64,000 bases of DNA from Sedimentisphaerales bacterium (lineage in GTDB: Bacteria; Planctomycetota; Phycisphaerae; Sedimentisphaerales; Anaerobacaceae). The notes beneath the pieces were generated by a model. That model did not search any database and was not told where the DNA came from. It saw nothing but the letters and a program-made list of their open reading frames with translations. The DNA is taken from the NCBI GenBank assembly GCA_963708075.1, contig OY970194.1, positions 960,001 through 1,024,000 on the forward strand, given 5' to 3'. The position numbers and the translations under genes are program-made. Within the stretch, counting starts at the first letter, position 1. Every line of letters starts with the position of its first letter. Below are positions 17,805 to 28,250 of this stretch, piece after piece.

Positions 17805-19811
17805 ATGGAAAGGCACGGTCCGAGCAACAACAGACCGCCGCAGAAGAACCACAAGCCTCCCAGCCAGGTCCGGTCTCTCGGTCCGGTTCCCAACCTGGAG
17901 GAGCACGTACATGCGGAGTGGTGGCGGCAAATCTTCAACTCGACATACCTCAAAACCGACGGCGACGTCGTGGACGACCAGCAAGTGACCTCGAAAGAGG
18001 TGGATACGTTCTGCGAGATCGTGGGACTCCAGCCGGATGACCGAATCCTGGACCTGTGCTGTGGGCAGGGCCCGGATTCGCTCGAGCTCGTCCGCCGCGG
18101 GTTCCAGAACGTTGAAGGTCTGGACAGGTCCCACTACCTCATTCAGCGGGCCCGAGCGCAGGCCAAGAAGGAGGGACTCAACGTCAAGTTCAAGGAAGGC
18201 GACGCCCGAAAGCTGCCGTATGCGAGCGACAGCTTCGACGTCGTGATGATCCTCGGAAACAGCTTCGGTTACTTCGAGACTGCTGAGGACGACATGCGGG
18301 TGCTGAAAGAGGTCTTTCGCGTCCTCAAACCCTGGGGCAAGATGCTGATCGACGTGGCCGACGGCGATTACCTGCGGCGCAAATTCCAGCCGAGGTCGTG
18401 GGAGTGGATCGATAAGAACTACTTCGTCTGTCGCGAGCGCTCGCTGTCTTTGGACAAGATGCGACTGATCTCGCGGGAAGTCGTCACGCACGTGGAAAAG
18501 GGCGTGATCGCCGACCAGTTCTATGCGGAGCGGCTCTATAGCCGCAAGAGCTTCCAGGAACTGCTGACCAAGGCCGGTTTCGCCGATGTCATGGTTCACG
18601 GCCAGATTGCCGGCGACTCTCAGCGCAACCAGGACCTGGGCATGATGGAGAGACGCATCATGGTCACGGCGGCCGTCCGAAAGGAATGGACGCCGCGAAA
18701 GCGCAAGAAGGACACCAAGGTCGTCACCGTGATCCTGGGCGACCCGAACAAGCCCGACCCGCTCAAGCCCTTGTGCGTGTTCGATGATGACGATTTCTAC
18801 ACCATCGATCAACTCAAGGACGCTTTGCGGGAGTTGGATGGATACCGGTATACGTACGTGAACAACCATGACCGTCTGATCGACGAGATGCAGAAGGTGG
18901 TCGGTAAAACGGACTATGTCCTGAACCTCTGCGACGAGGGGTACGACAACAGCCCCCGCAAGGAGCTGCACATTCCCTCATTGCTGGAAATGCTCGGCAT
19001 CCCGTACACCGGTAGCGGTCCCCAGTGCCTGGCGTTCTGCTACGACAAGTCCCTCGTTCGCGGAATTGCCAAGGAAATGGGGATTCCCGTGCCGGGAGGC
19101 TTCTTCATCAAGCCGGAGGACAGCACCTTCGAACTGTGCTTCCCGTTCCCGTCGATCGTGAAGCCGAATTTCGGCGACTCGAGCTTCGGCATCACGCAGC
19201 GCAGCGTCGCGAACACCGTCGAGGGGCTGGTCAACGCCATCTCGGAGATCCGTGAGCAGTTCGGGTATGAGAAGCCGATCCTCGTGGAGGAGTTCCTGAC
19301 CGGCAAGGACTTCACGGTCGGGATCATCGGGAACCCGCCGGAATCGTACACGGTCTTGCCGATCATCGAGGAAGATTACTCGGCGCTGCCGCCCGATCTG
19401 CCGAGGATCTGCGGCTACGAGGCCAAGTGGCTGCCGGACTCGCCGTACTGGCAACTGAAGTCCATCCCGGCTCTGCTGCCTGAGTCCACGGAGAAATTCG
19501 TGGTCGAGTGTTGCCTGAAGCTCTTCGAGCGATTGGAGTGCCAGGACTATGCCCGGTTCGACTGGCGGCTCGACGCTTCCGGCCAGCCGAGGCTGCTGGA
19601 GGTCAACCCGAACCCCGGCTGGTGCTGGGATGGGCACATGGCCAAGATGGCGAAAATCGCCGGCATCTCCTACTCCGAGATGCTCGCGGCGATCCTGCGG
19701 GCGGCGGAGGACCGGTTCGCCGTCCAGGCCGCGACACACAAGATCGTCGAAGTGTCCCGGCCAACCCTGGCCGAGTTGCAGCGCACGACGCAGCCGGTGT
19801 CGCCTCAGTAA
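17805..19811 (+). CDS. Class I SAM methyltransferase fused to D-Ala-D-Ala-ligase-like ATP-grasp domain
   Basis: N-terminal ILDLCCGQG, GDARKLP, GNSFGYF; C-terminal GIPYTGS, DKSL, IVKPNFGDSSFGI, ILVEEFL, YARFDWR, LEVNPNPG. Confidence 0.85.
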   Translation: MERHGPSNNRPPQKNHKPPSQVRSLGPVPNLEEHVHAEWWRQIFNSTYLKTDGDVVDDQQVTSKEVDTFCEIVGLQPDDRILDLCCGQGPDSLELVRRGFQNVEGLDRSHYLIQRARAQAKKEGLNVKFKEGDARKLPYASDSFDVVMILGNSFGYFETAEDDMRVLKEVFRVLKPWGKMLIDVADGDYLRRKFQPRSWEWIDKNYFVCRERSLSLDKMRLISREVVTHVEKGVIADQFYAERLYSRKSFQELLTKAGFADVMVHGQIAGDSQRNQDLGMMERRIMVTAAVRKEWTPRKRKKDTKVVTVILGDPNKPDPLKPLCVFDDDDFYTIDQLKDALRELDGYRYTYVNNHDRLIDEMQKVVGKTDYVLNLCDEGYDNSPRKELHIPSLLEMLGIPYTGSGPQCLAFCYDKSLVRGIAKEMGIPVPGGFFIKPEDSTFELCFPFPSIVKPNFGDSSFGITQRSVANTVEGLVNAISEIREQFGYEKPILVEEFLTGKDFTVGIIGNPPESYTVLPIIEEDYSALPPDLPRICGYEAKWLPDSPYWQLKSIPALLPESTEKFVVECCLKLFERLECQDYARFDWRLDASGQPRLLEVNPNPGWCWDGHMAKMAKIAGISYSEMLAAILRAAEDRFAVQAATHKIVEVSRPTLAELQRTTQPVSPQ

Positions 19812-19867
19812 CAACACTGCCCCTCGGTGGCGCATGTCTGCCGCTGAGGTTCCATGAGTGATTCTTG

Positions 19868-19909
19868 CAGGGCCGTATCGCCGATAGATGAAATGGCGAT
19901 ACGGCCCTG
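19868..19909. repeat. 15-bp perfect hairpin, possible terminator or processing stem
   Basis: CAGGGCCGTATCGCC/GGCGATACGGCCCTG in the intergenic gap; no long T tract. Confidence 0.55.
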
Positions 19910-19962
19910 ATGTGTTTACAGACGCCGCCACAGCATAGACTGCGGGACTTTGGAGACCGCCC

Positions 19963-21180
19963 ATGAAATGCCCAGCGTGCGGATCAGAGCAGATTGACGG
20001 AATCGTACGGTGTTCCTCGTGCGGTCGCCTTCTTCCCGGGGTTCAAAACCCGTCGACATCGCTCGACATCAGGATCGATCGTGTGGCGGTTGTCTCGTCG
20101 ATTTGCGCTTTGGCCGGCGTTATCCTGTCCCTACCGGGTCTGATCGCGCAGATTGACCCGGCGGTCCTGCGCCCTGAATCCGCCACGGTCATACTGGCGG
20201 CACTCGCATCCCTTCTGGCAACGGGTGCGGCATTTCTGCTGGGTGTCGCCGGCTCGCTTCAGATCGTGACCAGTGGTGGGAGGCGGACCGGCTATGGATT
20301 TGCGGCGGTCGGAATGGTCACGCCGATCGTGCTGGCCCTGCCCTTGCTGGTTTGCCTGTCCATACTCGCAGGAGTCCATGGCACGGCCTATCGCATGACC
20401 TGCGGGACGAACCTTTCGGGGATTGGCAAGGCGATGCTGATCTATGCGAACGACTACGACGACCATCTGCCCGCGGCGGGTGGACCGGGCGCACGCTGGG
20501 CCGCGCGTCTGCCATCGTGGTCGGCGAGGAATCGCGTAGACGCCTGCGGCTTGGGAGATCCAAACGGCGACGATGGGCAAGCCAGTGTCTCCGGCAGTCT
20601 GTACCTGCTCGTCAAATATGGCGGGGTCGAACCCAAGAAGTTCGTCTGCATGAATGACGCCAGAACGAGGGAATTCAAGCCGAGCAAGTACCACGCGGCC
20701 GATAGGGAGCCGTCTGCCCTCTGGGACTTCGGACCGAATCCGCCAAGACATTGCAGCTATGCCTATCATATGCCCTATGGCCTGTACTCGCTGACGACCT
20801 CATTGCCTCCCGGCCTTGCTGTCGCCGCGGACCGCAACCCGTGGATGGACTCGCTCTCCGCCAAAGCGAAGGATTTCTCACTCTTCAAGCCTGATGTCCC
20901 TCCGTTCAACGGTACTGCGCAGCAGGCCAAGAATGGCAACACCTTCCGCCATGAAGCGGACGGCCAGAACGTGCTGTTTCTCGACAGCCACGCCGAGTTC
21001 GCCAAGCGCGCGTACTGCGGCATCGATGACGATAATATCTACACGATTTCTGGGAACCCGGGGGCCGCTGATCCCCTGGGCACGCCGCCGGCCCTCGGCA
21101 GCCAGCCCGCCAACAGGAAGGACTCGCTGCTCGTCAACGATCCCGTCTTGATACCTGCTACGTCACAGGAGAAGAGGTAA
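19963..21180 (+). CDS. Zinc-ribbon + DUF4190-like TM + H-X9-DG/DUF1559-like protein (paralog 1)
   Basis: CPACG..CSSCG, TM helices, CGTNLSGIGKAM..YAND, H..DGQNVLFLDSH. Confidence 0.75.
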   Translation: MKCPACGSEQIDGIVRCSSCGRLLPGVQNPSTSLDIRIDRVAVVSSICALAGVILSLPGLIAQIDPAVLRPESATVILAALASLLATGAAFLLGVAGSLQIVTSGGRRTGYGFAAVGMVTPIVLALPLLVCLSILAGVHGTAYRMTCGTNLSGIGKAMLIYANDYDDHLPAAGGPGARWAARLPSWSARNRVDACGLGDPNGDDGQASVSGSLYLLVKYGGVEPKKFVCMNDARTREFKPSKYHAADREPSALWDFGPNPPRHCSYAYHMPYGLYSLTTSLPPGLAVAADRNPWMDSLSAKAKDFSLFKPDVPPFNGTAQQAKNGNTFRHEADGQNVLFLDSHAEFAKRAYCGIDDDNIYTISGNPGAADPLGTPPALGSQPANRKDSLLVNDPVLIPATSQEKR

Positions 21181-21210
21181 ATGACATCGGCTGGAAGTCG
21201 TGGAGTTCGC

Positions 21211-21239
21211 TTGACGGCAGGCGCGCATCACTATAGGAT
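21211..21239 (+). promoter_or_regulatory. Sigma70-type promoter
   Basis: TTGACG-N17-TAGGAT upstream of paralog 2. Confidence 0.55.
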
Positions 21240-21317
21240 CGGGTCGTTGGAGGCCGAACGGAACTGAAAGAAGGGCGCTGCGGTTGGGTAGCCGCAACAG
21301 TGAAAGGGGGAACGCGA

Positions 21318-22463
21318 ATGTACTGTCCGAAATGCGGAATGCAGAACGCGGAGAACGCCCAGATATGTATTTCATGCGGCTATGTCCTGCCTGTCCTTGT
21401 TGCGGGCGGCATGCCGGTCCAGGTCAAGACGAGTGGACTGGCCATCGCGGCGTTCGTGCTGGGCATTCTCAGCCTGTTCACGCTGGGGCTCACGGCTCTG
21501 CCCGCGATGATCCTTGGGGCCATCGCCCTTGTTCTCATCGGCAAGAGCGGCGGGCGACTGACGGGCACCGGCTTTGCCATCACTGGGATCGTGATTCCCG
21601 CGGTCACCATGGTTCTCATCCCGCTGGCCGTGCTCATGCCCGCGCTGGCGAGGACCCGCCAACTGGCATTCCGGATGACCTGCGGCACCAATCTGTCGGG
21701 CATCGGCAAGGCGATGACTGTCTATGCCGATGACTATAACGGGGAGTTGCCTCGCGCGGGTGGCCGCAGCACGGAATGGGCTGCGAGCACACCGAACTGG
21801 TCCGGCACTGACCGCCGACAGGCCTTCGACCTGGCCGCAGATGATTCTGCCGGGCGGGCGAGTGCCGGCGCAAGCCTGTATCTACTGGTCAAGTATGCCG
21901 AGGTGACGCCGAAGTCGTTCGTGTGCAAAGGCGACGCCGGAACAACGGAGTTCAGGCCGTACGACAGAGCGGATATTCCGAGCAGCTTCGAGTTGATCGA
22001 CGGCTGGGATTTCGGTCCGCCGGCAGAGTCATTCAGGCATTGCAGCTACGCATACCACATGCCGTACGGCCGGTTTGCCCTGACGACCTCGAATGAACCA
22101 GGCTTGGCGGTGGCGGCCGACCGCAATCCATGGATAGACTCGCACTTACCTGCGGCCAGTGACTTCTCCTATTTCAAACCCGATATCGCCCCCTTCAATG
22201 GCGCCGCGAATCAGGCGCGGCACGGCAACGCCATGACTCACCAGTTGGACGGCCAGAACGTGCTGTTTCTCGACAGTCATGTCGAGTTTGCCAAGCGGGC
22301 TTTTTGCGGCCTTGACGACGACAACATCTATACCATTTCGACCAGCCCGACAGCCGGCGATCCCCTGGGCACGCCGCCCAAGCTTGGCAGCCAGCCGGCC
22401 AACAGGAAAGACTCCCTCCTCGTTCACGATCCGCCCCCGCCCCCCGAAACCAGGAGGAGGTGA
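21318..22463 (+). CDS. Zinc-ribbon + DUF4190 + H-X9-DG/DUF1559-like protein (paralog 2)
   Basis: MYCPKCG..CISCG, KTSGLAIAAFVLGILS, MPALARTRQLA..CGTNL, HQLDGQNVLFLDSHV. Confidence 0.8.
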   Translation: MYCPKCGMQNAENAQICISCGYVLPVLVAGGMPVQVKTSGLAIAAFVLGILSLFTLGLTALPAMILGAIALVLIGKSGGRLTGTGFAITGIVIPAVTMVLIPLAVLMPALARTRQLAFRMTCGTNLSGIGKAMTVYADDYNGELPRAGGRSTEWAASTPNWSGTDRRQAFDLAADDSAGRASAGASLYLLVKYAEVTPKSFVCKGDAGTTEFRPYDRADIPSSFELIDGWDFGPPAESFRHCSYAYHMPYGRFALTTSNEPGLAVAADRNPWIDSHLPAASDFSYFKPDIAPFNGAANQARHGNAMTHQLDGQNVLFLDSHVEFAKRAFCGLDDDNIYTISTSPTAGDPLGTPPKLGSQPANRKDSLLVHDPPPPPETRRR

Positions 22464-22533
22464 TGGAGAGCAGGGCTGCATAGGCCAAGGCCCGTCTCGC
22501 GTTTGCTCTCAGGCTTTCGGAGGGGTGCCGTCA

Positions 22534-24812
22534 TCACTTGTCCAGGAGCACGTAGCAGTGTGTGCGGAGGAGTCGGCGGATGTCGATGAGGCTGCCCTCA
22601 TCGCCGAGATACTTGCGCAGGTAGTCGATCATCCGGGCCGTCTGCTCATCGCCGGCGGGATAGGCGAACAGGTACTTGATGCTGCTATCCACGGCCCGCT
22701 CCATATCGCCCGTGGCTTCGGCCTTGTGCATCTCCACGGCAAACCGGTGCCCGTGTTTCTCGCACGCCTGGCTCAGGACCTGTCTGAGCCTTGTCATGGC
22801 AGGATCGCTCGCTCGTTCGAGCATTGTGGCATCATCGGAAAGCGCGAGCGGGTCCTCGGGGACATTCCTCTGCGGGTCGCCCGAGATCACGCGGTCGGAC
22901 TCGTCGTGCCGGCCCTCCAGACGTTCGGCGATGATCAACTCGCCTGTGGCGGTATCGAGCAGCTTGATCATACCGTTGACCTTCGCGGTCTTCGTGAAGG
23001 TTTGAATCGGATACTGGTATTTAACCATGTTGGGCACGAGCACCTCCGGCGGAATCGCCCCCAGGCGGATCCGGGCGGTGGTCACATCGGACGCCGCATT
23101 GACCAGCCGCTGCTTCGCTTCATCCACGTCGGCCTGGGCCTTTCGCTTTCTCGCCATTTCCTCGGCATCGGCCGGATCGATGTTTCTATATCGTGCCAGC
23201 CTCGCCTCCGCCTCGGCAAGTCTCTTCCTCGCGTGTTCGAGTTCGGCAATCGCCCCATCGAGTTCCTTGGCCGCATGCACGTGGTCCGGGTTCGGCTCCG
23301 TCCGGTACCCATCCTGGTACGTCGATTCACTTTGCCCTGACCGTTTGCTCTCAACAACTACGTTGCCTTCGAGGATCTTTCCCACGAGAAGCGCATCGAC
23401 TCCGTTCAGTTCACCGGTCGCCCCACGGCGGCCCGGATCGACGGGCCCGCTCATGTTAAGATCCTGCTCTCCAAGGCTCATCTGCAGATCAAATCGCTCG
23501 ATCACGGTCACGTTGGCCGGCCGCGTCCGCGTCAGGTGTTCGAGGGTCGCGGCGTCGAACGCGGCGGCGAGGTTCTGATGCTCCGGCGCCGCTTGAAAGC
23601 CGACGAACGCAATCGCATAATCGACCTCTTGGCGGACCTGCTCGGCGCACTGGCTGAGTTGACGCTTGGCTTCGAGGCTGTCGGGCAGGTAACCCAGCGC
23701 GGCCGCCGCATGCAGGACCGCGGCGCCGCTGGCCCCTTCCCGCTGGTGCTGCCGCGAGATCTTCAGGTGGTCTTCGCCAAGCCGGGATCGCGCATCGGCC
23801 AGCAGCGCGTCCACTCCGCCATATTCGCGGAGCAGGTCACGGCTCTTATCGAACAGACGGATCGCGGCCACATAGTTGCGAGACTCCATGGCGCGACGGC
23901 CCTGCGCCAGCCACGCATCGCAGACGGTCCGCCTCGCCTGCCCAAGCAGGTCCGGCAGCTCGGTGTGCGACGGATGCAGTTTGGCGGCCCGCTCCAACTC
24001 GTGCAGCGCCCCTCGGCCTGCCCCTGCTCCAGCAGTTTCCGTCCGTGGGCGATCAAGCCGGCGGCTTCTCGCCGATCCTTCACGGCCTGGATCACGGCCT
24101 TCGCCTCCTTGCCCGCTCCTTCGTACAGCAGTGCGGCCTGTGCCCCCGCCTCGGCATTTGCGAGATCGCCCTCCAACAGCTTCCCCTGGGCCCGATCGAT
24201 GTAGTAGCCGTAGGCTCGCTCGCGGATATGCTTCAGATTGGCGTCTCCACCGGGCATCGTCCTGTAGAGTGCAAGCGCCTCATTCATCCGCTGCATCGCG
24301 GCCTGCCACTGTTGTTGCTCGGCCAATGCGAGTGCCTCGTCCCGGAGTTGCTCGGCTTGGGCCATGGCCTGGAGTATCCGCTGGCGAAACGTTTGGTAGG
24401 TCTGTTCCTGAGGGCAGTACATGATGGACTTCTCGATGAGACTCTGGGCCGCACTGAGCTCCGCCCATTTGAGCCGCATCTCCGCCTCACGATAATAGAA
24501 CTGCCCCGCCTGCAGTTTGACCTCGTCAAGCCTCTGCTGGTACTCGGTTGCCGCCCTGTAATTCTTGCGTTCCTCGGCCAGCCGGACCGCCGCCTCCAGC
24601 TCCTGCACCGCCCGGTCGTATTGTCCTTCCTGCGATAGCTTCTCCCCTCGCTTATACGCCTGCTCGTGAGCGCAACCGGCGGACAGCAGGAGAGCCAACA
24701 CGATCACGCCCAGAATGCCTGAGCGGATTGGATGTTGAAGCTGCGCCTGTGTGGACGTCCTCAACGTGAGAAGTTGGACCCTGTCTGTTTCCATCCTGCA
24801 CCTGGTCTGCAT
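22534..24812 (-). CDS. TPR-containing lipoprotein with CsgG-like C-terminal domain (frameshift near 24010)
   Basis: Lipobox LSAGC and helical repeats. ORFs 23763-24812 and 22534-23997 join at EQGQAE/ALHELERAA with one missing base; VTVIER..L...EQ.L and GVDALLVG resemble CsgG. Confidence 0.65.
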
Positions 24813-25109
24813 CGTTCACCGCTGCCTTTCTCCCTCCCCTTGTCCATTCAGCAGCCTCCATGGCCGCCGCGCCAGATTGTACCGTCGCCCGAACATAAAA
24901 CAACTGTTCTCAAGGAACCGCAAGGTTCCCTATATATAAGGCCGTCAAAGAGGCACTCGTCACGCATTCCCCGATGGGCTCACGCGCATTCGCTCTTGCG
25001 GATTGTCGTGCAGCCTCATATAATATCATCTACCGAGGCATGGATGTTGTGGAGAGCAGGTGTATGGTTCGGTGATGCGGATGAGATCTCTTTGCGAGGG
25101 AGGACGAAA

Positions 25110-26042
25110 ATGGCGGAGCAATACGGTTTGAGAAGACTGAGTCACGCGGATGTTCTGGTCGCGGCAATCACCTGTCTGCTTTTGATCTTCCTCGTGCCGG
25201 TTCTGTTCGCCAAGCCACGGGAGCAGTCCATGCGCACACTCTGTGCAGCGAACCTCGCCCAGATTGGCAAGGCCATGTTCCTCTATGCCGGCGATAATGA
25301 GGGCATCTTGCCGCGCGCCGGTGGGCGAAACACCGCCTGGGGCATGACCGTGAACTGGATGGCCGCAGATCGCCGGGCGGCCTTCGGCATAGCCACGGAC
25401 GGTTCGGGGGGTGTGGCGAGCACCAACGCGAGTCTCTATCTGCTCGTCAAATATCTTGGCGTCCCACCAAGTCTCTTTATCTGTAAAGGGGATCGCGGGA
25501 CCACGGAGTTCAAGCTTTCCGATCTCTTCCTGCCTGCGTCACGCACATTGGCCGATCTTTGGGACTTCGGCCCGCCGGCAGAATCGTTCAGGCACTGCAG
25601 CTATGCGTACCACATACCCTACAGCCAGTATGCGTTAACCACCTTCCGTGATCCGAACCTCGCCGTGGCGGCGGACCGAAACCCCTGGATTCAAAGCCCG
25701 GCAGCAGACCCTCAGGACTGGAGCAAGTGGAGGCCCGATGTGCCTTATCCCGGCGGTATTCCCGGCACCAGTGCTCAAGCTCTCATGGGTAATTCGGTCA
25801 CCCATAAACACGACGGCCAGAATGTGCTATTCCTTGACGGTCGAGTCACATTCGAAACGCGGTCCTACTGCGGGGTTGAGAGAGACAATATCTACACGTT
25901 GTCCACTAATACGACTGGCAGCCATGTCTACGGCGCGATGCCGGTATCAGCTTCCGTCGTGCCCACGAATCGCAACGACTCTCTCCTCGTCCACGATCCG
26001 CAATCGATGCCTTATTCTGAACCCAAGAGACGCCGACCGTGA
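25110..26042 (+). CDS. Pilin-like H-X9-DG/DUF1559-like protein with degenerate prepilin N-terminus (paralog 3)
   Basis: GGAGG RBS, start MAEQYG at 25110; CAANLAQIGKAM, HKHDGQNVLFLDGRV. Confidence 0.8.
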   Translation: MAEQYGLRRLSHADVLVAAITCLLLIFLVPVLFAKPREQSMRTLCAANLAQIGKAMFLYAGDNEGILPRAGGRNTAWGMTVNWMAADRRAAFGIATDGSGGVASTNASLYLLVKYLGVPPSLFICKGDRGTTEFKLSDLFLPASRTLADLWDFGPPAESFRHCSYAYHIPYSQYALTTFRDPNLAVAADRNPWIQSPAADPQDWSKWRPDVPYPGGIPGTSAQALMGNSVTHKHDGQNVLFLDGRVTFETRSYCGVERDNIYTLSTNTTGSHVYGAMPVSASVVPTNRNDSLLVHDPQSMPYSEPKRRRP

Positions 26043-26096
26043 GCAGGGGTACTGCTGGGAGATACCGATGACGGCTATTTGTGAGGGAAGACGAAA

Positions 26097-27023
26097 ATGG
26101 CGGAGCAACATGGTGTGAGAAGACTGAGTCGCGCGGATGTTCTGGTCGCTGCAGTCACCTGTCTGCTTCTAATTCTGCTTGTGCCGGTGCTGTTCGCCAA
26201 GCCACGGGAGCAGTCCATGCGCAAGCTCTGTGGCGCGAACCTCGCCCAGCTCGGCAAGGCCATGTTCCTATATGCCGGCGACAATGAGGGCGACCTACCC
26301 CGCGCCGGCGGGCGAACCACAGTCTGGGGTACGACCCCAAACTGGACGGCGCCACATCGTATGATAGCTTTCAACATGAGGCCCGATGGCACAGACGGCA
26401 CGGCGAGCATCAATGCGAGTCTCTACCTGCTCGTCAAATACTGTGGAGTGACGCCCCGGGTCTTCGTCTGCAAGGGGGACCGTGGAACTACCGAGCTCAA
26501 GCTATCCGACCTCACAGGGCTGTGGTGGAGTTTCAAGTGGAGCGACGCCTGGGACTTCGGCCCGCCTTCGGAGTCATTCAAGCATTGCAGTTATGCGTAT
26601 CACATCCCCTACGGTTCATACCCGCTGAGCACGTCGCTGGACCCAAACATGGCCGTGGCGGCGGATCGCAGCCCATGGATCAACAGCCCGGCGCACACGG
26701 CCGAGGTCTTTCCTGGCAGTTTCAAGCCCGATGTGCTTTACCCCGGAGGCACGCTCGGCACGAGTGCCCAAGCGCGCAATGGCAATTCGATCACGCACCA
26801 GCGTGATGGCCAGAACGTCCTGTTTCTCGATGGCCGAGTTGCGTTTGAAAAGCGAGCCTACTGCGCGGTCGATAAAGACAACATCTACACCCAGTCCACC
26901 GACCCGAGCGGTCGCGGCCACGTCTTTGGAGCGTTTCGGGGCAGTGGGTTCCTTGAGCCCACGAACCGCAGAGACTCTCTCCTCGTCCATGACCCGGATG
27001 CCTTCGGCGGGATACGCCGGTGA
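26097..27023 (+). CDS. Pilin-like H-X9-DG/DUF1559-like protein (paralog 4)
   Basis: N-terminus nearly identical to paralog 3; HQRDGQNVLFLDGRV. Confidence 0.8.
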   Translation: MAEQHGVRRLSRADVLVAAVTCLLLILLVPVLFAKPREQSMRKLCGANLAQLGKAMFLYAGDNEGDLPRAGGRTTVWGTTPNWTAPHRMIAFNMRPDGTDGTASINASLYLLVKYCGVTPRVFVCKGDRGTTELKLSDLTGLWWSFKWSDAWDFGPPSESFKHCSYAYHIPYGSYPLSTSLDPNMAVAADRSPWINSPAHTAEVFPGSFKPDVLYPGGTLGTSAQARNGNSITHQRDGQNVLFLDGRVAFEKRAYCAVDKDNIYTQSTDPSGRGHVFGAFRGSGFLEPTNRRDSLLVHDPDAFGGIRR

Positions 27024-27036
27024 GCCGGGTCGACCG

Positions 27037-28092
27037 TCAGGGCTGGGAACGTATGTTGTAGGTGCGTTTTTCGCCAGCGGGGCCGATCTGGAGGGTGAAC
27101 GTGCCTTTGTCGGGGTGGACGGTGGCTTTGATGAAATCACCTTTGTTGGGGTTGTCCTTTGGGTTGGCGATGAAGTCGGGTTTCGTGTTGTATTGGCCGT
27201 CGTGTTCGATGTTGTAGTGGATCTGGTAGAGGGCCTGGAGGCTCGGCAGGGCGGCTAGGCTCTTGAACGTCTGTGGTTGGATGCCCTTGCGCGGGCCGTT
27301 CATGGCTACGGCGACGGTGGGGGCCAGCGCCTTGAGCAGAAGCTCGTTGTTGCTCAAGTCCCATCCGTGATGCGTCACCTGGTACAGGTCCACCTTGCCG
27401 ATGCGGTTGACCGGATGGACGAGGTGATGCTCGACGTTCCGCGTGATGTCGCCTCCGGCGAAGAACTTGAACGGGCCGCAGGTCAGGAGCAGGGCGATGC
27501 TTCGGGCGTTGTCGGTGTCGTCGGCGCCGGCCATTTTGAATCCATCGACCGGGGCGTCAGTATCGCCGTCGAAACCCTCGACTTTCTTATCCGACGCGAC
27601 GCAGCGCAGCTTGATTTGCGGCACTTTGCCGGCCGGGTCGTTCCTGAGTGGGATGTCGTCGCCGGCCCGGACGACTTTCACGTTGCCCTTCGTCGCCTGC
27701 TCATAGAGCGAGTAAAGGTTCCGGTTGTTGCCATCGTTGGCGGGCGCACGGGTTCCTTTGTCGATGAAGCACTTGACCGGGATTCTCTGCGAGACCTCCA
27801 GAATCGCGCCGAAGTGGTCGGAGTGGAAGTGCGTCGTGACGAGGAAGTCGATCTGCTTGAGCTTAGCGTCCGCACACGCCCTCAGAATCCTGTCGGCATC
27901 GCGGTGCTCTGGTCGCAGCGAGCCGGTGTCGATCAGAACGGATTCGCCCAGCGGCGTGACAATCAGTGTCGAGCCGCCGCCGACCATGTCGAGGAAGTAG
28001 ATGTCGAGCGTCCGCAGCTCCTGAGCGCGGGCCGGGCAGAGTATGGAGAACAGGACAAGCGATACACAGAACGAGAACGCCGTGCGCCTCAT
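27037..28092 (-). CDS. Secreted ComEC/Rec2-like metallo-beta-lactamase-fold hydrolase
   Basis: Signal peptide; VLIDTG, THFHSDHFG, NARSI, GGDI, VTHHG. Confidence 0.85.
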   Translation of the reverse strand: MRRTAFSFCVSLVLFSILCPARAQELRTLDIYFLDMVGGGSTLIVTPLGESVLIDTGSLRPEHRDADRILRACADAKLKQIDFLVTTHFHSDHFGAILEVSQRIPVKCFIDKGTRAPANDGNNRNLYSLYEQATKGNVKVVRAGDDIPLRNDPAGKVPQIKLRCVASDKKVEGFDGDTDAPVDGFKMAGADDTDNARSIALLLTCGPFKFFAGGDITRNVEHHLVHPVNRIGKVDLYQVTHHGWDLSNNELLLKALAPTVAVAMNGPRKGIQPQTFKSLAALPSLQALYQIHYNIEHDGQYNTKPDFIANPKDNPNKGDFIKATVHPDKGTFTLQIGPAGEKRTYNIRSQP

Positions 28093-28250
28093 GATCGGCT
28101 CCTTTCACTGGATCTGCCAGATGATACCGCCGAATCAAAGACTTGACAATCGTCTTGATGAGGACCCTGTACCTTGGCAACAGCGGACGGGAGAACCATC
28201 GGCAAGCTGGCGCTTGCCGCTGCCACCCGGTAATTCAATTCATGCGGGGG

